The notes below the pieces were generated by a model. It saw only the letters and a program-made list of their open reading frames with translations. It searched no databases and had not been told where the DNA came from. The translations under genes were made by a program, and so were the position numbers. From positions 63,808-127,807 of the forward strand of contig CAYPDR010000024.1 of NCBI GenBank assembly GCA_964409595.1: DNA of 64,000 bases. The letters run 5' to 3'. Of this stretch, positions 29,941-38,413 are shown piece after piece. Every line of letters begins with the position of its first letter. Position 1 is the first letter of the stretch. This stretch comes from an uncultured Dehalococcoidia bacterium (GTDB taxonomy: Bacteria; Chloroflexota; Dehalococcoidia; Lucifugimonadales; UBA826).

Positions 29941-31674
29941 CTAAACGCGAGACACAACTTCCTCACGTATTCGAGAAATCATATCCGGAAGGGAAATCAT
30001 TCCCAAATCCTCCCCGGACCTCAACCTTACCGATACGGAATCGGATTCCATTTCTCTATCTCCTACGATAAACATGTAAGGAATCTTCTGAAGTTGAGCG
30101 GTGCGTATCTTCGCGTTCATTCGATCGTTCCCATCATCAACATCTATTCTAATACCAGATGAGCTAAATTTTTGACCCAAGTCTTTAGCATAATCCAGAT
30201 GCCTATCGGCAATTGGTATTATTACGGCCTGTACTGGCGCCAGCCAAACTGGAAACGCACCCCCATAATGCTCTATAAGGATTCCCATAAATCTTTCAAG
30301 TGACCCAAATATAGCTCTGTGCACCATGTATGGCTGATGATATCCTCCGTCTTCACCCACATACGTGAGACCGAATCTCTCCGGAAGATTAAAGTCAAAC
30401 TGAACTGTTGTGCATTGCCATGATCTCCCGATCGCATCTCTAATGTTCACGTCTATTTTCGGTCCGTAAAAAGCCCCTCCAGCTTCTTCGACATCAAATG
30501 TTAGTCCTCTCGCCACCAAGGTATCCCGCAATGAACTCTCTGCTATATTCCACTGTTCGTCAGACCCGACCGCCTTTTCAGGTCTTGTGGAAAGACTGAT
30601 GTCAAAGTCTCTAAACCCAAAAGCCTCAAGCAAATAAAAAGTTAGGTCCAAAACACCGTTTATCTCGTCAGAGATCTCATCTGGTCTGCAAAATATATGT
30701 GCATCGTCCTGGGTGAAACCGCGAACCCTCAGCATCCCATGTAATGTCCCTCCACGTTCATACCTATACACGGTACCCAACTCGCCCACTCTCATAGGAA
30801 GATCCCTGTAACTCCGCAAATTCGCTTTGTAATACATTATGTGGAAAGGGCAATTCATCGGCTTTAGATAGTAGTCTTGACCATCCGTTTCTGAAGCGGA
30901 GAACATGTTTTCCTGAAAAAATTCCAGGTGCCCGCTAGTTTCCCAAAGATTAGCTCTACCTATATTCGGGGTGTAAACTAAATCATAACCCCTGACGTAA
31001 TGTTCCTCCCTCCAAAAATTTTCAAACAAACTCCTTATTCTTGCACCCTTCGGATGCCAGATAATTAATCCGGGACCAGTCTCTTCATGAACAGAAAACA
31101 AATCTAGTTCTCTACCCAAGATACGATGATCTCTCTTACGAGCCTCCTCCAGACGAATAAGAAAGTCTTCAAGCATTTCCTTGCTCTCCCACGCGGTGCC
31201 ATAAATACGTTGAAGCATCGGTCTGTCTTCGTCTCCCCTCCAATACGCCCCAGCAACGTTAATTAATTTGAAAGCAGGAATGTTTCCGGTAGAACCAACA
31301 TGAGGCCCCGCACATAAGTCTTCAAATTCGCCATGTTTGTACGTGCTTATTGGGTCTCCTTCAGGTATCTCAGCAATCACCTCTAATTTAAACGGCTCAG
31401 ATGAATTTAGAACAACGATCTCTTCACGGTTGTACTCCGTGTATTCAAAAGGAAGGTTAAGAGCGATCACCTTATCCATACCTCGTTCAATTTTTAGCAG
31501 GTCCTCATCAGTAAATGGTTCATCGGTAAGGAAATCATAGTAAAATCCATCGTCTGTAGGAGGACCTATAGCAAGCTTGGCATCTGGATACAGCGACGTC
31601 ACCACATCAGCCATCACATGTGCGGCCGAATGCCTAATTCGTTGCCTAAGATCAAATAATGTTTCTTCATTCAT
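29941..31674 (-). CDS. thrS: Threonine--tRNA ligase (lacks the N-terminal TGS domain)
   Basis: 577 aa with the editing-domain HSAAHVM motif, a class-II catalytic core and a C-terminal anticodon-binding domain. An in-frame TAA sits directly upstream of the ATG. Confidence 0.93.
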   Translation of the reverse strand: MNEETLFDLRQRIRHSAAHVMADVVTSLYPDAKLAIGPPTDDGFYYDFLTDEPFTDEDLLKIERGMDKVIALNLPFEYTEYNREEIVVLNSSEPFKLEVIAEIPEGDPISTYKHGEFEDLCAGPHVGSTGNIPAFKLINVAGAYWRGDEDRPMLQRIYGTAWESKEMLEDFLIRLEEARKRDHRILGRELDLFSVHEETGPGLIIWHPKGARIRSLFENFWREEHYVRGYDLVYTPNIGRANLWETSGHLEFFQENMFSASETDGQDYYLKPMNCPFHIMYYKANLRSYRDLPMRVGELGTVYRYERGGTLHGMLRVRGFTQDDAHIFCRPDEISDEINGVLDLTFYLLEAFGFRDFDISLSTRPEKAVGSDEQWNIAESSLRDTLVARGLTFDVEEAGGAFYGPKIDVNIRDAIGRSWQCTTVQFDFNLPERFGLTYVGEDGGYHQPYMVHRAIFGSLERFMGILIEHYGGAFPVWLAPVQAVIIPIADRHLDYAKDLGQKFSSSGIRIDVDDGNDRMNAKIRTAQLQKIPYMFIVGDREMESDSVSVRLRSGEDLGMISLPDMISRIREEVVSRV

Positions 31675-31896
31675 TTAAGCGTCCTCAATTTTACTAATTA
31701 AATGAAAAGAACCCTCTATGAAAAACAACCTGAAGTTAAGTTGTTAAATCATGAGAGCTACATGCAGTCAATCACTGTACGATTTTGTATAGGTTTTATA
31801 GGCCAATTTCACCAAATAGTAAATACGGAAGCCCAACCAAAATTGTAGGTGGACTAAATTTGGCGGTCAATTGCTATATGAACTATGAAATATCCG

Positions 31897-33036
31897 TTAT
31901 TGATCGAAAACGGAACCATCAAGATGTAGTCGCGTGTTAACTGGTCTCGCAACGGCAGGGAATTTCTCTGCTGCACCATCAACTATCTCTATACCTATAC
32001 CAGGCTCCTCTGGAATTTTTAGAAATCCTTTATCTAGTTCAAGGGGCCTATTCACAATTTCGCTTTTGGGGGGTTCTAGCTCCCCCAATGGATATTCCTG
32101 AATGGAAAAATTCGGTATGGCCGCCGCTATTTGCAAGCATGCTGCTGTACTGATTGGTCCAAGAGGATTGTGAGGCACAACACCAACATAATTAGCTTCT
32201 GCTAACGCTGCAATTTTTTTCGTATGGGTGATCCCTCCTGCAAGACACACATCAGGCCTTACATATTGAACAGCCCCTCTATTCAACAACATCTGAAACT
32301 CGTGAATAGAATGTAGCCTTTCCCCGGTTGCTATTGGAACAGATATGCCCTGAGCAACCAGTCCCATTGCATCGAAGTTGTCAGGAAGAATAGGATCTTC
32401 GTAAAAAAATGGGTGGAATTCTTCAATGCCTCTAGCAAGAACAACCGCCTCCGCGGGTGAAAGGCGACGATGAATTTCGATGCAAAGATCCACTTCATCG
32501 CCTACAGCATCTCTATACATTGCCACTGCCTCTATACCGTCACGGATCTTGCTCGCATGTGTCTTGAAGTATGGTAAATCTCGTTCTTCATCTAGAAATG
32601 GTGTCAAATGGCCAACGGCGGTGAACCCTTGCTGTTTGGCTAATTTGATACCATTCACAAGTTGATCGCGAGTACTTCCGAATACGTGATAGTACACTCT
32701 TGCTTTGTCTCTTGTTTTACCTCCAAGCAACTGATAGACAGGCACTCCAAAATTCTTCCCAGCTATATCCCATAGCGCGATATCCAAAGCGCTTATGGCC
32801 CCCATTATGGCTGCGCCTCGAAAATGACTAAAGCGGTACATGTATTGCCAATGGTGTTCTATCAAAAGTGGGTCTTGTCCAACCAAATATTCACCGAACT
32901 TATCTATAGCTGAGGCGGAAGGTTCCAAGAATCCCCACGCTCCAGATTCCCCATACCCAATTATCCCTTCGTCTGTATACACCTTAGCAAATAAAAACTT
33001 ATCAACGGGAACGGCTTCCACTTTAGTGATTTTCAC
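31897..33036 (-). CDS. Enolase-superfamily dehydratase (mandelate racemase/muconate lactonizing family, galactonate/mannonate dehydratase-like)
   Basis: 379 aa. N-terminal capping domain (MKITKVEA...GYGE), DIALWDIAGK, and barrel acid residues in the expected spacing. Confidence 0.8.
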   Translation of the reverse strand: MKITKVEAVPVDKFLFAKVYTDEGIIGYGESGAWGFLEPSASAIDKFGEYLVGQDPLLIEHHWQYMYRFSHFRGAAIMGAISALDIALWDIAGKNFGVPVYQLLGGKTRDKARVYYHVFGSTRDQLVNGIKLAKQQGFTAVGHLTPFLDEERDLPYFKTHASKIRDGIEAVAMYRDAVGDEVDLCIEIHRRLSPAEAVVLARGIEEFHPFFYEDPILPDNFDAMGLVAQGISVPIATGERLHSIHEFQMLLNRGAVQYVRPDVCLAGGITHTKKIAALAEANYVGVVPHNPLGPISTAACLQIAAAIPNFSIQEYPLGELEPPKSEIVNRPLELDKGFLKIPEEPGIGIEIVDGAAEKFPAVARPVNTRLHLDGSVFDQ

Positions 33037-33046
33037 ATTTTCTCCA

Positions 33047-33790
33047 TCAAATCCAAGATGTTTTCAAACCCGACCTGACAAGTGCGAGCAAGCCACCCGA
33101 GATTATAACGCCAATTACCACTTTCCTGTACAGGTCTTCATCAATGTACTTAATCAGTTTCGATGCAAGTAGGAATCCAATTAGAGCAGGAAATAATCCG
33201 ATTGCAATCAGGAGGATAGCTTCCTCACCAAATCTGCCACTAAACCAGTACCCCACAACTGCTGTACCTTCTATGAAAAAATAAAAAAGCGGAAGAGAAC
33301 CACGTATAGCATCACGACTCCATCCCTGACTAACCGCTGCTAAGGCCATAAGAGGCCCCCCGATTCCTGTCGACGTTAACAACCCACCAACTACAAAGGA
33401 AACTGTCGGAAATACAAGGGGCTTTGTACTTATGTGTTTTGTGTCATAAATAGCGACAAAAGCACCAGAAATGATTATTATGACCGCGATGATAATACTC
33501 AACAAATCCGGGTTTATGTGTTCGAAAATTAACAAACCTGCTGGCACACCTAATAATCCGGAAGATATTGGAAGCGCCATTTCTCGATATTGGATTCTTT
33601 TTTGATTTTGGACAATAAGCATCACGAATACGGTCAGAGATACGGAATTTATAACCACCACCGTGGTCTTCGCGTCTAGAAAGACAAGTAAAAACGGAGA
33701 ACCTGAAAGCCCGATACCAAACCCTACGGAACTAAGCACAAAAGATCCGAAAAACAACCCGAGGATCGTGGCTAATATACCCAATGACAT
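33047..33790 (-). CDS. TauE/SafE-family (sulfite exporter-like) membrane protein
   Basis: A hydrophobic protein of about 247 aa and 7-8 helices with Gly-rich TauE-like repeats. I chose the ATG at 33790 (MSLGILATILG). The longer ORF-track start would overlap the upstream gene by 94 nt. Confidence 0.7.
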   Translation of the reverse strand: MSLGILATILGLFFGSFVLSSVGFGIGLSGSPFLLVFLDAKTTVVVINSVSLTVFVMLIVQNQKRIQYREMALPISSGLLGVPAGLLIFEHINPDLLSIIIAVIIIISGAFVAIYDTKHISTKPLVFPTVSFVVGGLLTSTGIGGPLMALAAVSQGWSRDAIRGSLPLFYFFIEGTAVVGYWFSGRFGEEAILLIAIGLFPALIGFLLASKLIKYIDEDLYRKVVIGVIISGGLLALVRSGLKTSWI

Positions 33791-33795
33791 ACGCG

Positions 33796-36597
33796 TTATT
33801 GGGCAGTCTCGCCAAGATTCATATATGTAGGGTCTGGAGTAATGAGGTGCAAAGGAAGTGTCTCCCTCGCTCCACTTGGTAAGGTCCACTCCAACCTAAA
33901 CTTCGGGGGCACACCAGCGGAGTTCTGTTGAACGACAATATGTGATTGGTCCTTCCTTAAACTTACTTTTTCCGTAGAAAAATCAGTGATGTGTGGATCT
34001 GAGGATGAGAACATGTGCCCTTCTATAACAATGTTCATTTCACTATTAGAACTCACATGAAATTGGTAATCACCGGAAACAGGTGGAGTTATAAAGCCAG
34101 CCCACACCACAGAATAGGGGCCATCAATCGGAATATCATAGTAGAAAGTGTCTACCGTACCTGTCACCTCCGCTGAAAAAGGTACACCGCCGGACTCGAA
34201 CACTCCTGCGATGCCTACAGGCTTAACCGACCCTTTATACAGAGCCATATCACTAACCGGATGCCAATCATTAAAAGGCCTCCTCCAAAGCAGTTCGGTG
34301 AACTCCGAACTGGATTGCACTGATCCGCTTATTTTTAAATTATGCAAGCCGACTCCCAAACGTATTTTCGCGATGCCATCTTGAGAAGGAAGAATTTTAT
34401 TGCCATCGATATCAAGGCTACCGATTCCTCTAATTTTAAAGTGATATTCATCACTTTCCCTTATATGAAGAGAGGTTTCGAGCAAGAATTTAGCGGGGAA
34501 TCTCTCATCATCCAACATCATATTCCAGGGGACAGATAAGGTAGAGTGACTCCTTTCGAATACTTCGGAATCAGACAACACAATATGGCTACTAACCCCA
34601 TGAGAATGTTTAATAACCTCTCGATCCAGAACAACCTCAAATAAAATTATCTTGGATCCAGATGGTGTCCGTATCTCTTTAAAGTCTCCCTCGGGGTAGT
34701 AAATTTGGAGAATATCAAACACTCCCTTCTCTCTCGGCTCTAAATAGATAACAGCACCATTTTGTATTTCGTCTAAATTTAAAGGTATGTCCCGTGGTGA
34801 ACGTATGGCTTCATAATGTGTCCCATTACCTATGACATATGCCGGCAGGCTGTGTAAAAATTGACGGGAGCTATATAAACTGTATCCACTATTTTTGTAC
34901 GTTTGCATCCGTTTCGCCATGATGGTCTCCGCTGTAGAAAACTCGTTGAAGACTTCCGAGTTATTAGCCTGGACTGAAAAAACACCGTGAATGTTTACAG
35001 CCCCTACAGTAAGGGCAATAGCTACCGCAAAGGTTATTATGAATCTGTGGCCCAGGGTACCAAAAACTGTTCTTCCGCGATTAATAAGTACAACTATTGG
35101 TAAAACGGAAATCACAATCACAGCAGGCATTGCTCCAATCGACCTCAATGACTGAGGCGATTCCCAAGGAACCGTGAAAACGCCCGGCAAAATCATCACT
35201 AAAATCCAAATGGGAAAGATCAATAGAAATCTATTCTTATGGGTAAAAGACATGGCTATCCCGATAATGAACAGTGCTCCCGTGACAACATCCAGCATTG
35301 GTTCGTGAGGAATATTGTGCCTAGGATTTGGGTCACCCGATATATTAAACATCAGCAAATGTTCTATTAGTGAATCTCGTAGTACCATCCAAATTTCGGT
35401 ACCTTCATGAAAAGTAAACAGCCACAACTCCCTAGACCTCTCAAAGAACACTTCGTGGTCTAATACAGCAAATTGGATCACTGGGGCGGAGCTGAGAAAA
35501 GAAGCCCATAAGAAAGTTAGGGATGCCAAAATAATCCTCTTCCAACCCGGAAACTCGATGTACATACCAACTAGAAAAATAGCTCCCACAACGACCGGAA
35601 AGGCCCGAAACGAGGCATAAAACCACATACCAATACCTACAGAAAACCCGGCCCAAAAAAACCAAGCCAAATCCCAATTCTTGACAGCTCGCAGCAATAG
35701 GTAGGCACTCAGCGCTGAGAAAAAAGCGGCCGTTATTCCATGCATTCCAATACGTCCCCAGTTCACGCTCCAGCGCAATACACACGCAAGATATGCAGAT
35801 CCGACACCTAATAAAACCCCTCCAAGTTGATTCCCAAGAAAATATAGAGACGCTATTAACCCCAACGAAAACAATCCTGCCACCAGGCGACCAGCTATCC
35901 AGTTATACCCTATCCCTTCTTGGACAAACGCGATCAGAATGAGAAAAGGAGTAGGAAGGTGAGTTGAAGGCGAGAACACTGATACTTTTCCAGGATTCTT
36001 ATTGAATTCGACTGCGTTGAGAATATTGTCAGCCTCATCGTACCAAAGGCCGTATGGCAGCTCGGTGATGTTGTAGATCCGAATAAGTAGCCCTATAACT
36101 AATATGAAGGCCAGGCTGCCCCAAGCCAACTTTCGAGCAACGGGTCTATTAAACACAGCCAACGATTTCAAAGTTTGTCGATCTCTACAAAAAATAACTC
36201 CCGCTGATGAAGTGACCAGGGAAAGTAAGAACAATAACCATGCAATCCAGTAGGGCGGCTGAAGTCTAAACTGAGCCAATGCTAAAAAACAAATAATTCC
36301 TCCTAATACCAATAGGAAACCACCAATAAGAATCTCTCTCGCTTTAATCCACATGGATACCGTAGATTCCTCTGTCATAGAGAAATATCGCCTGGCTTCC
36401 ACTCCCCCTTCATTCACTTCGATATGAAAGTTCCTATCTTTGAGGTTTGACCAAACGATAGACGTTACCGCCACCAAGGCAGGAGAAATTGCCCAGATGG
36501 CTCTATCAAAGGCCCATAATCCCGATGACAGGAACGCAAGAAAAATCCCGGTTATTAGCAGTACGCAACTTGTTCGGTTGTCGTGCATGTTTTTCAC
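33796..36597 (-). CDS. Large GT-C (family 39/ArnT/PMT-like) membrane glycosyltransferase with C-terminal PA14-like beta domain(s)
   Basis: 933 aa. The N-terminal half has more than 12 TM helices and a first-loop YGLWYDEADN (DE) motif typical of GT-C enzymes. The soluble C-terminal half contains a PA14-like segment (GFITPPVSGDYQFHVSSNSEMNIVIEGHM). Confidence 0.62.
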   Translation of the reverse strand: MKNMHDNRTSCVLLITGIFLAFLSSGLWAFDRAIWAISPALVAVTSIVWSNLKDRNFHIEVNEGGVEARRYFSMTEESTVSMWIKAREILIGGFLLVLGGIICFLALAQFRLQPPYWIAWLLFLLSLVTSSAGVIFCRDRQTLKSLAVFNRPVARKLAWGSLAFILVIGLLIRIYNITELPYGLWYDEADNILNAVEFNKNPGKVSVFSPSTHLPTPFLILIAFVQEGIGYNWIAGRLVAGLFSLGLIASLYFLGNQLGGVLLGVGSAYLACVLRWSVNWGRIGMHGITAAFFSALSAYLLLRAVKNWDLAWFFWAGFSVGIGMWFYASFRAFPVVVGAIFLVGMYIEFPGWKRIILASLTFLWASFLSSAPVIQFAVLDHEVFFERSRELWLFTFHEGTEIWMVLRDSLIEHLLMFNISGDPNPRHNIPHEPMLDVVTGALFIIGIAMSFTHKNRFLLIFPIWILVMILPGVFTVPWESPQSLRSIGAMPAVIVISVLPIVVLINRGRTVFGTLGHRFIITFAVAIALTVGAVNIHGVFSVQANNSEVFNEFSTAETIMAKRMQTYKNSGYSLYSSRQFLHSLPAYVIGNGTHYEAIRSPRDIPLNLDEIQNGAVIYLEPREKGVFDILQIYYPEGDFKEIRTPSGSKIILFEVVLDREVIKHSHGVSSHIVLSDSEVFERSHSTLSVPWNMMLDDERFPAKFLLETSLHIRESDEYHFKIRGIGSLDIDGNKILPSQDGIAKIRLGVGLHNLKISGSVQSSSEFTELLWRRPFNDWHPVSDMALYKGSVKPVGIAGVFESGGVPFSAEVTGTVDTFYYDIPIDGPYSVVWAGFITPPVSGDYQFHVSSNSEMNIVIEGHMFSSSDPHITDFSTEKVSLRKDQSHIVVQQNSAGVPPKFRLEWTLPSGARETLPLHLITPDPTYMNLGETAQ

Positions 36598-36698
36598 TAT
36601 GGAAGCGAGCTGATGGCAAGGCGAGTCAAGCAGCCCGAAGGAATCTCTATTCGGATCCGTTGGGGGGAAGTAAGTTTTTGTTCCGTATAAAATACGAC

Positions 36699-36735
36699 AA
36701 AAAAGATAAGCCCCGAACCTACCAGCTCGGGGCTT
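36699..36735 (-). terminator. Intrinsic terminator after the selenoprotein gene
   Basis: On the minus strand, AAGCCCCGA-gcugguagg-UUCGGGGCUU is followed by AUCUUUUUU. It lies about 30 nt after the stop at 36765. Confidence 0.75.
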
Positions 36736-36764
36736 ATTAAACTCCTTGTCTTACTGTACAGAGA

Positions 36765-37043
36765 CTAGGAAACAGTCATCGACTCGAGTTTCTCCCTTAT
36801 GGAGGCTCTCATCTCTTTGACTCTTGGCAGATTAGGAAATTGCCCATCTTCCTCTGCCTTGTCATAAATCTTATCACCGTCGGCAAATACCTGAAGAATC
36901 CCGCCGGTACCAGGCGTGATCTTAATCGCTACGTCCTTTCCACCTTCTGCAAAAAACTCGCCGGCCATCCAGGCCGCCGTACCGTGGTGCGCTCAAGGAA
37001 CGCAGTAGATAATCTCTACTTCAAACTTACCTTCTCCTGCCAT
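36765..37043 (-). CDS. SelW/Rdx-family selenoprotein (CxxU redox motif; in-frame UGA at 36993-36995)
   Basis: The ATG at 37043 follows AAGGAGG. Translation gives MAGEGKFEVEIIYCVP-U-AHHGTAAWMAGEFF and then the 67-aa ORF from the track. The beta1-CxxU-helix layout plus GG..QVF.DG..IYDK...GQFP is the Rdx (SelW/SelT/SelH) signature. selB lies in the same window. Confidence 0.8.
36959..36979 (-). promoter_or_regulatory. Putative bacterial SECIS hairpin
   Basis: Starting 14 nt 3' of the UGA, CGGCGGCC-UGGAU-GGCCGGCG forms 7 bp with one G-G mismatch and a G-containing apical loop. The spacing is compatible with SelB-dependent recoding. Confidence 0.5.
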
Positions 37044-37120
37044 GATTTCCTCCTTACGATTGTGCTTAAATCACGAGTTGAAAATATCACAGACACAAAA
37101 CCAGGTCAATGCATTCATCG

Positions 37121-38413
37121 CTAAATGTCTATATCCATTCCCATATCAATGACTCTTCCCAATTTGTTTTTCTCGAGAATAATTCTATCTTGAAAAGTCT
37201 TCCAAGCATTAAGTTTGTCAACATCTGAAAGCGATTCCATATCATAAATATCTTTCTTGAGTTCATTCAGGGCTGACTCACTCTCAGTTCCTGTCGGCAT
37301 GTCAAAAAACTTTCGTTCAAATGCTGGCACCTTTCCCGGAGGGAAATATCCCATTCCGGGTAGTTCGTAGCCTTCAAGGTTATCGGAGTCTTTACCCAAC
37401 ACTTCTCCAGTCTCCAAATAATGCTCCATAACAGAAGGCAATCCATACTTTTGCACTGGGCAAACTTTTATACACACGCCACATCCTGAATACCTAGTCA
37501 TAACTGGGCGACATCGTCTGGAAATGAGTTTATTTTTCTCAACTCCTCTAAACCAAACTCTTTGAGCTTGGATAGCCTTTCCCGGGCATCTCATAAAACA
37601 AATCTGACACGTCTCACAAAGTTTATAGACCCCGAAGTCGACAGGAGAATCATGCTTCAAAGGCGCGTCAGTTATTAATATTTGCAATCTGGCCCTGGAA
37701 CCGAAATGGGGAGACAAAAGCTGTCCATTGACCCCCAACTGACCCAACCCTGCTTGGACAAACATCGGGATTACTGGTCCAAAATGCCAGACAGGTCCTG
37801 ATATCTGCGATTTATAGCCTAGACTCAAAAGGAAATTAGCTAACTCAATAGAAAGTTTAGCCTGTAATAAATAAGCATCGCCTTGAGCTTCTTCGGCTTC
37901 CAGGCTAGGTATTTCTTGTGTGCGGACATAATCTTGTTCTACAGCAAGGCAAATTGCATTGGGTAAATCGGTTTTAACCTGCCCTCGACGACTACTATAG
38001 ACATATCTCCGGTCGAATCTCGTGAATCCTACTTCCCCGTATCCCAGAGATCTTGCCTTCTCTCGAATTAGTGACGTGACGTCCTCAGTCTGCTTAGGAA
38101 CTTCAGGATTCCTTTCCGCAACCTCACCTATGTTCTTCACCCACGGCAATATTTTAGACTGGTATTCTCTGTATAACCGTGAAGTCTCAGGAGAAACCAC
38201 TTCCCTCTCTTTATCTGCCCAAATTGCGGATGCACTTTCAGATACTGAGAAACTTTCAATGGGAAACTCCCGACTATAGTAAGACACTTCTGCCTCTCTT
38301 ATCGGAATACCGTCGACTTTCAGAAGGTCAGACGCAATAGGTATACTAACTTCCGGGTCCAAAGACGTTCGTCCTTTTCTAAAAATGTTTTTTCCCAGCT
38401 TACGTTTGGCCAT
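37121..38413 (-). CDS. Cytoplasmic reductive-dehalogenase/epoxyqueuosine-reductase (RdhA/QueG)-like 2x[4Fe-4S] protein
   Basis: 430 aa. Fe-S motifs CETCQICFMRCP and C-x10-CGVCIKVCP. Family-typical segments ARSLGYGEVGFT and QAGLGQLGVNGQLLSPHFGSRARL. No twin-arginine signal peptide. Confidence 0.68.
   Translation of the reverse strand: MAKRKLGKNIFRKGRTSLDPEVSIPIASDLLKVDGIPIREAEVSYYSREFPIESFSVSESASAIWADKEREVVSPETSRLYREYQSKILPWVKNIGEVAERNPEVPKQTEDVTSLIREKARSLGYGEVGFTRFDRRYVYSSRRGQVKTDLPNAICLAVEQDYVRTQEIPSLEAEEAQGDAYLLQAKLSIELANFLLSLGYKSQISGPVWHFGPVIPMFVQAGLGQLGVNGQLLSPHFGSRARLQILITDAPLKHDSPVDFGVYKLCETCQICFMRCPGKAIQAQRVWFRGVEKNKLISRRCRPVMTRYSGCGVCIKVCPVQKYGLPSVMEHYLETGEVLGKDSDNLEGYELPGMGYFPPGKVPAFERKFFDMPTGTESESALNELKKDIYDMESLSDVDKLNAWKTFQDRIILEKNKLGRVIDMGMDIDI

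Noticed and set aside
36840-37124. 94-aa plus-strand ORF.
   Set aside because: It is antisense to the SelW-like selenoprotein gene, whose family signature, RBS and terminator explain the locus.
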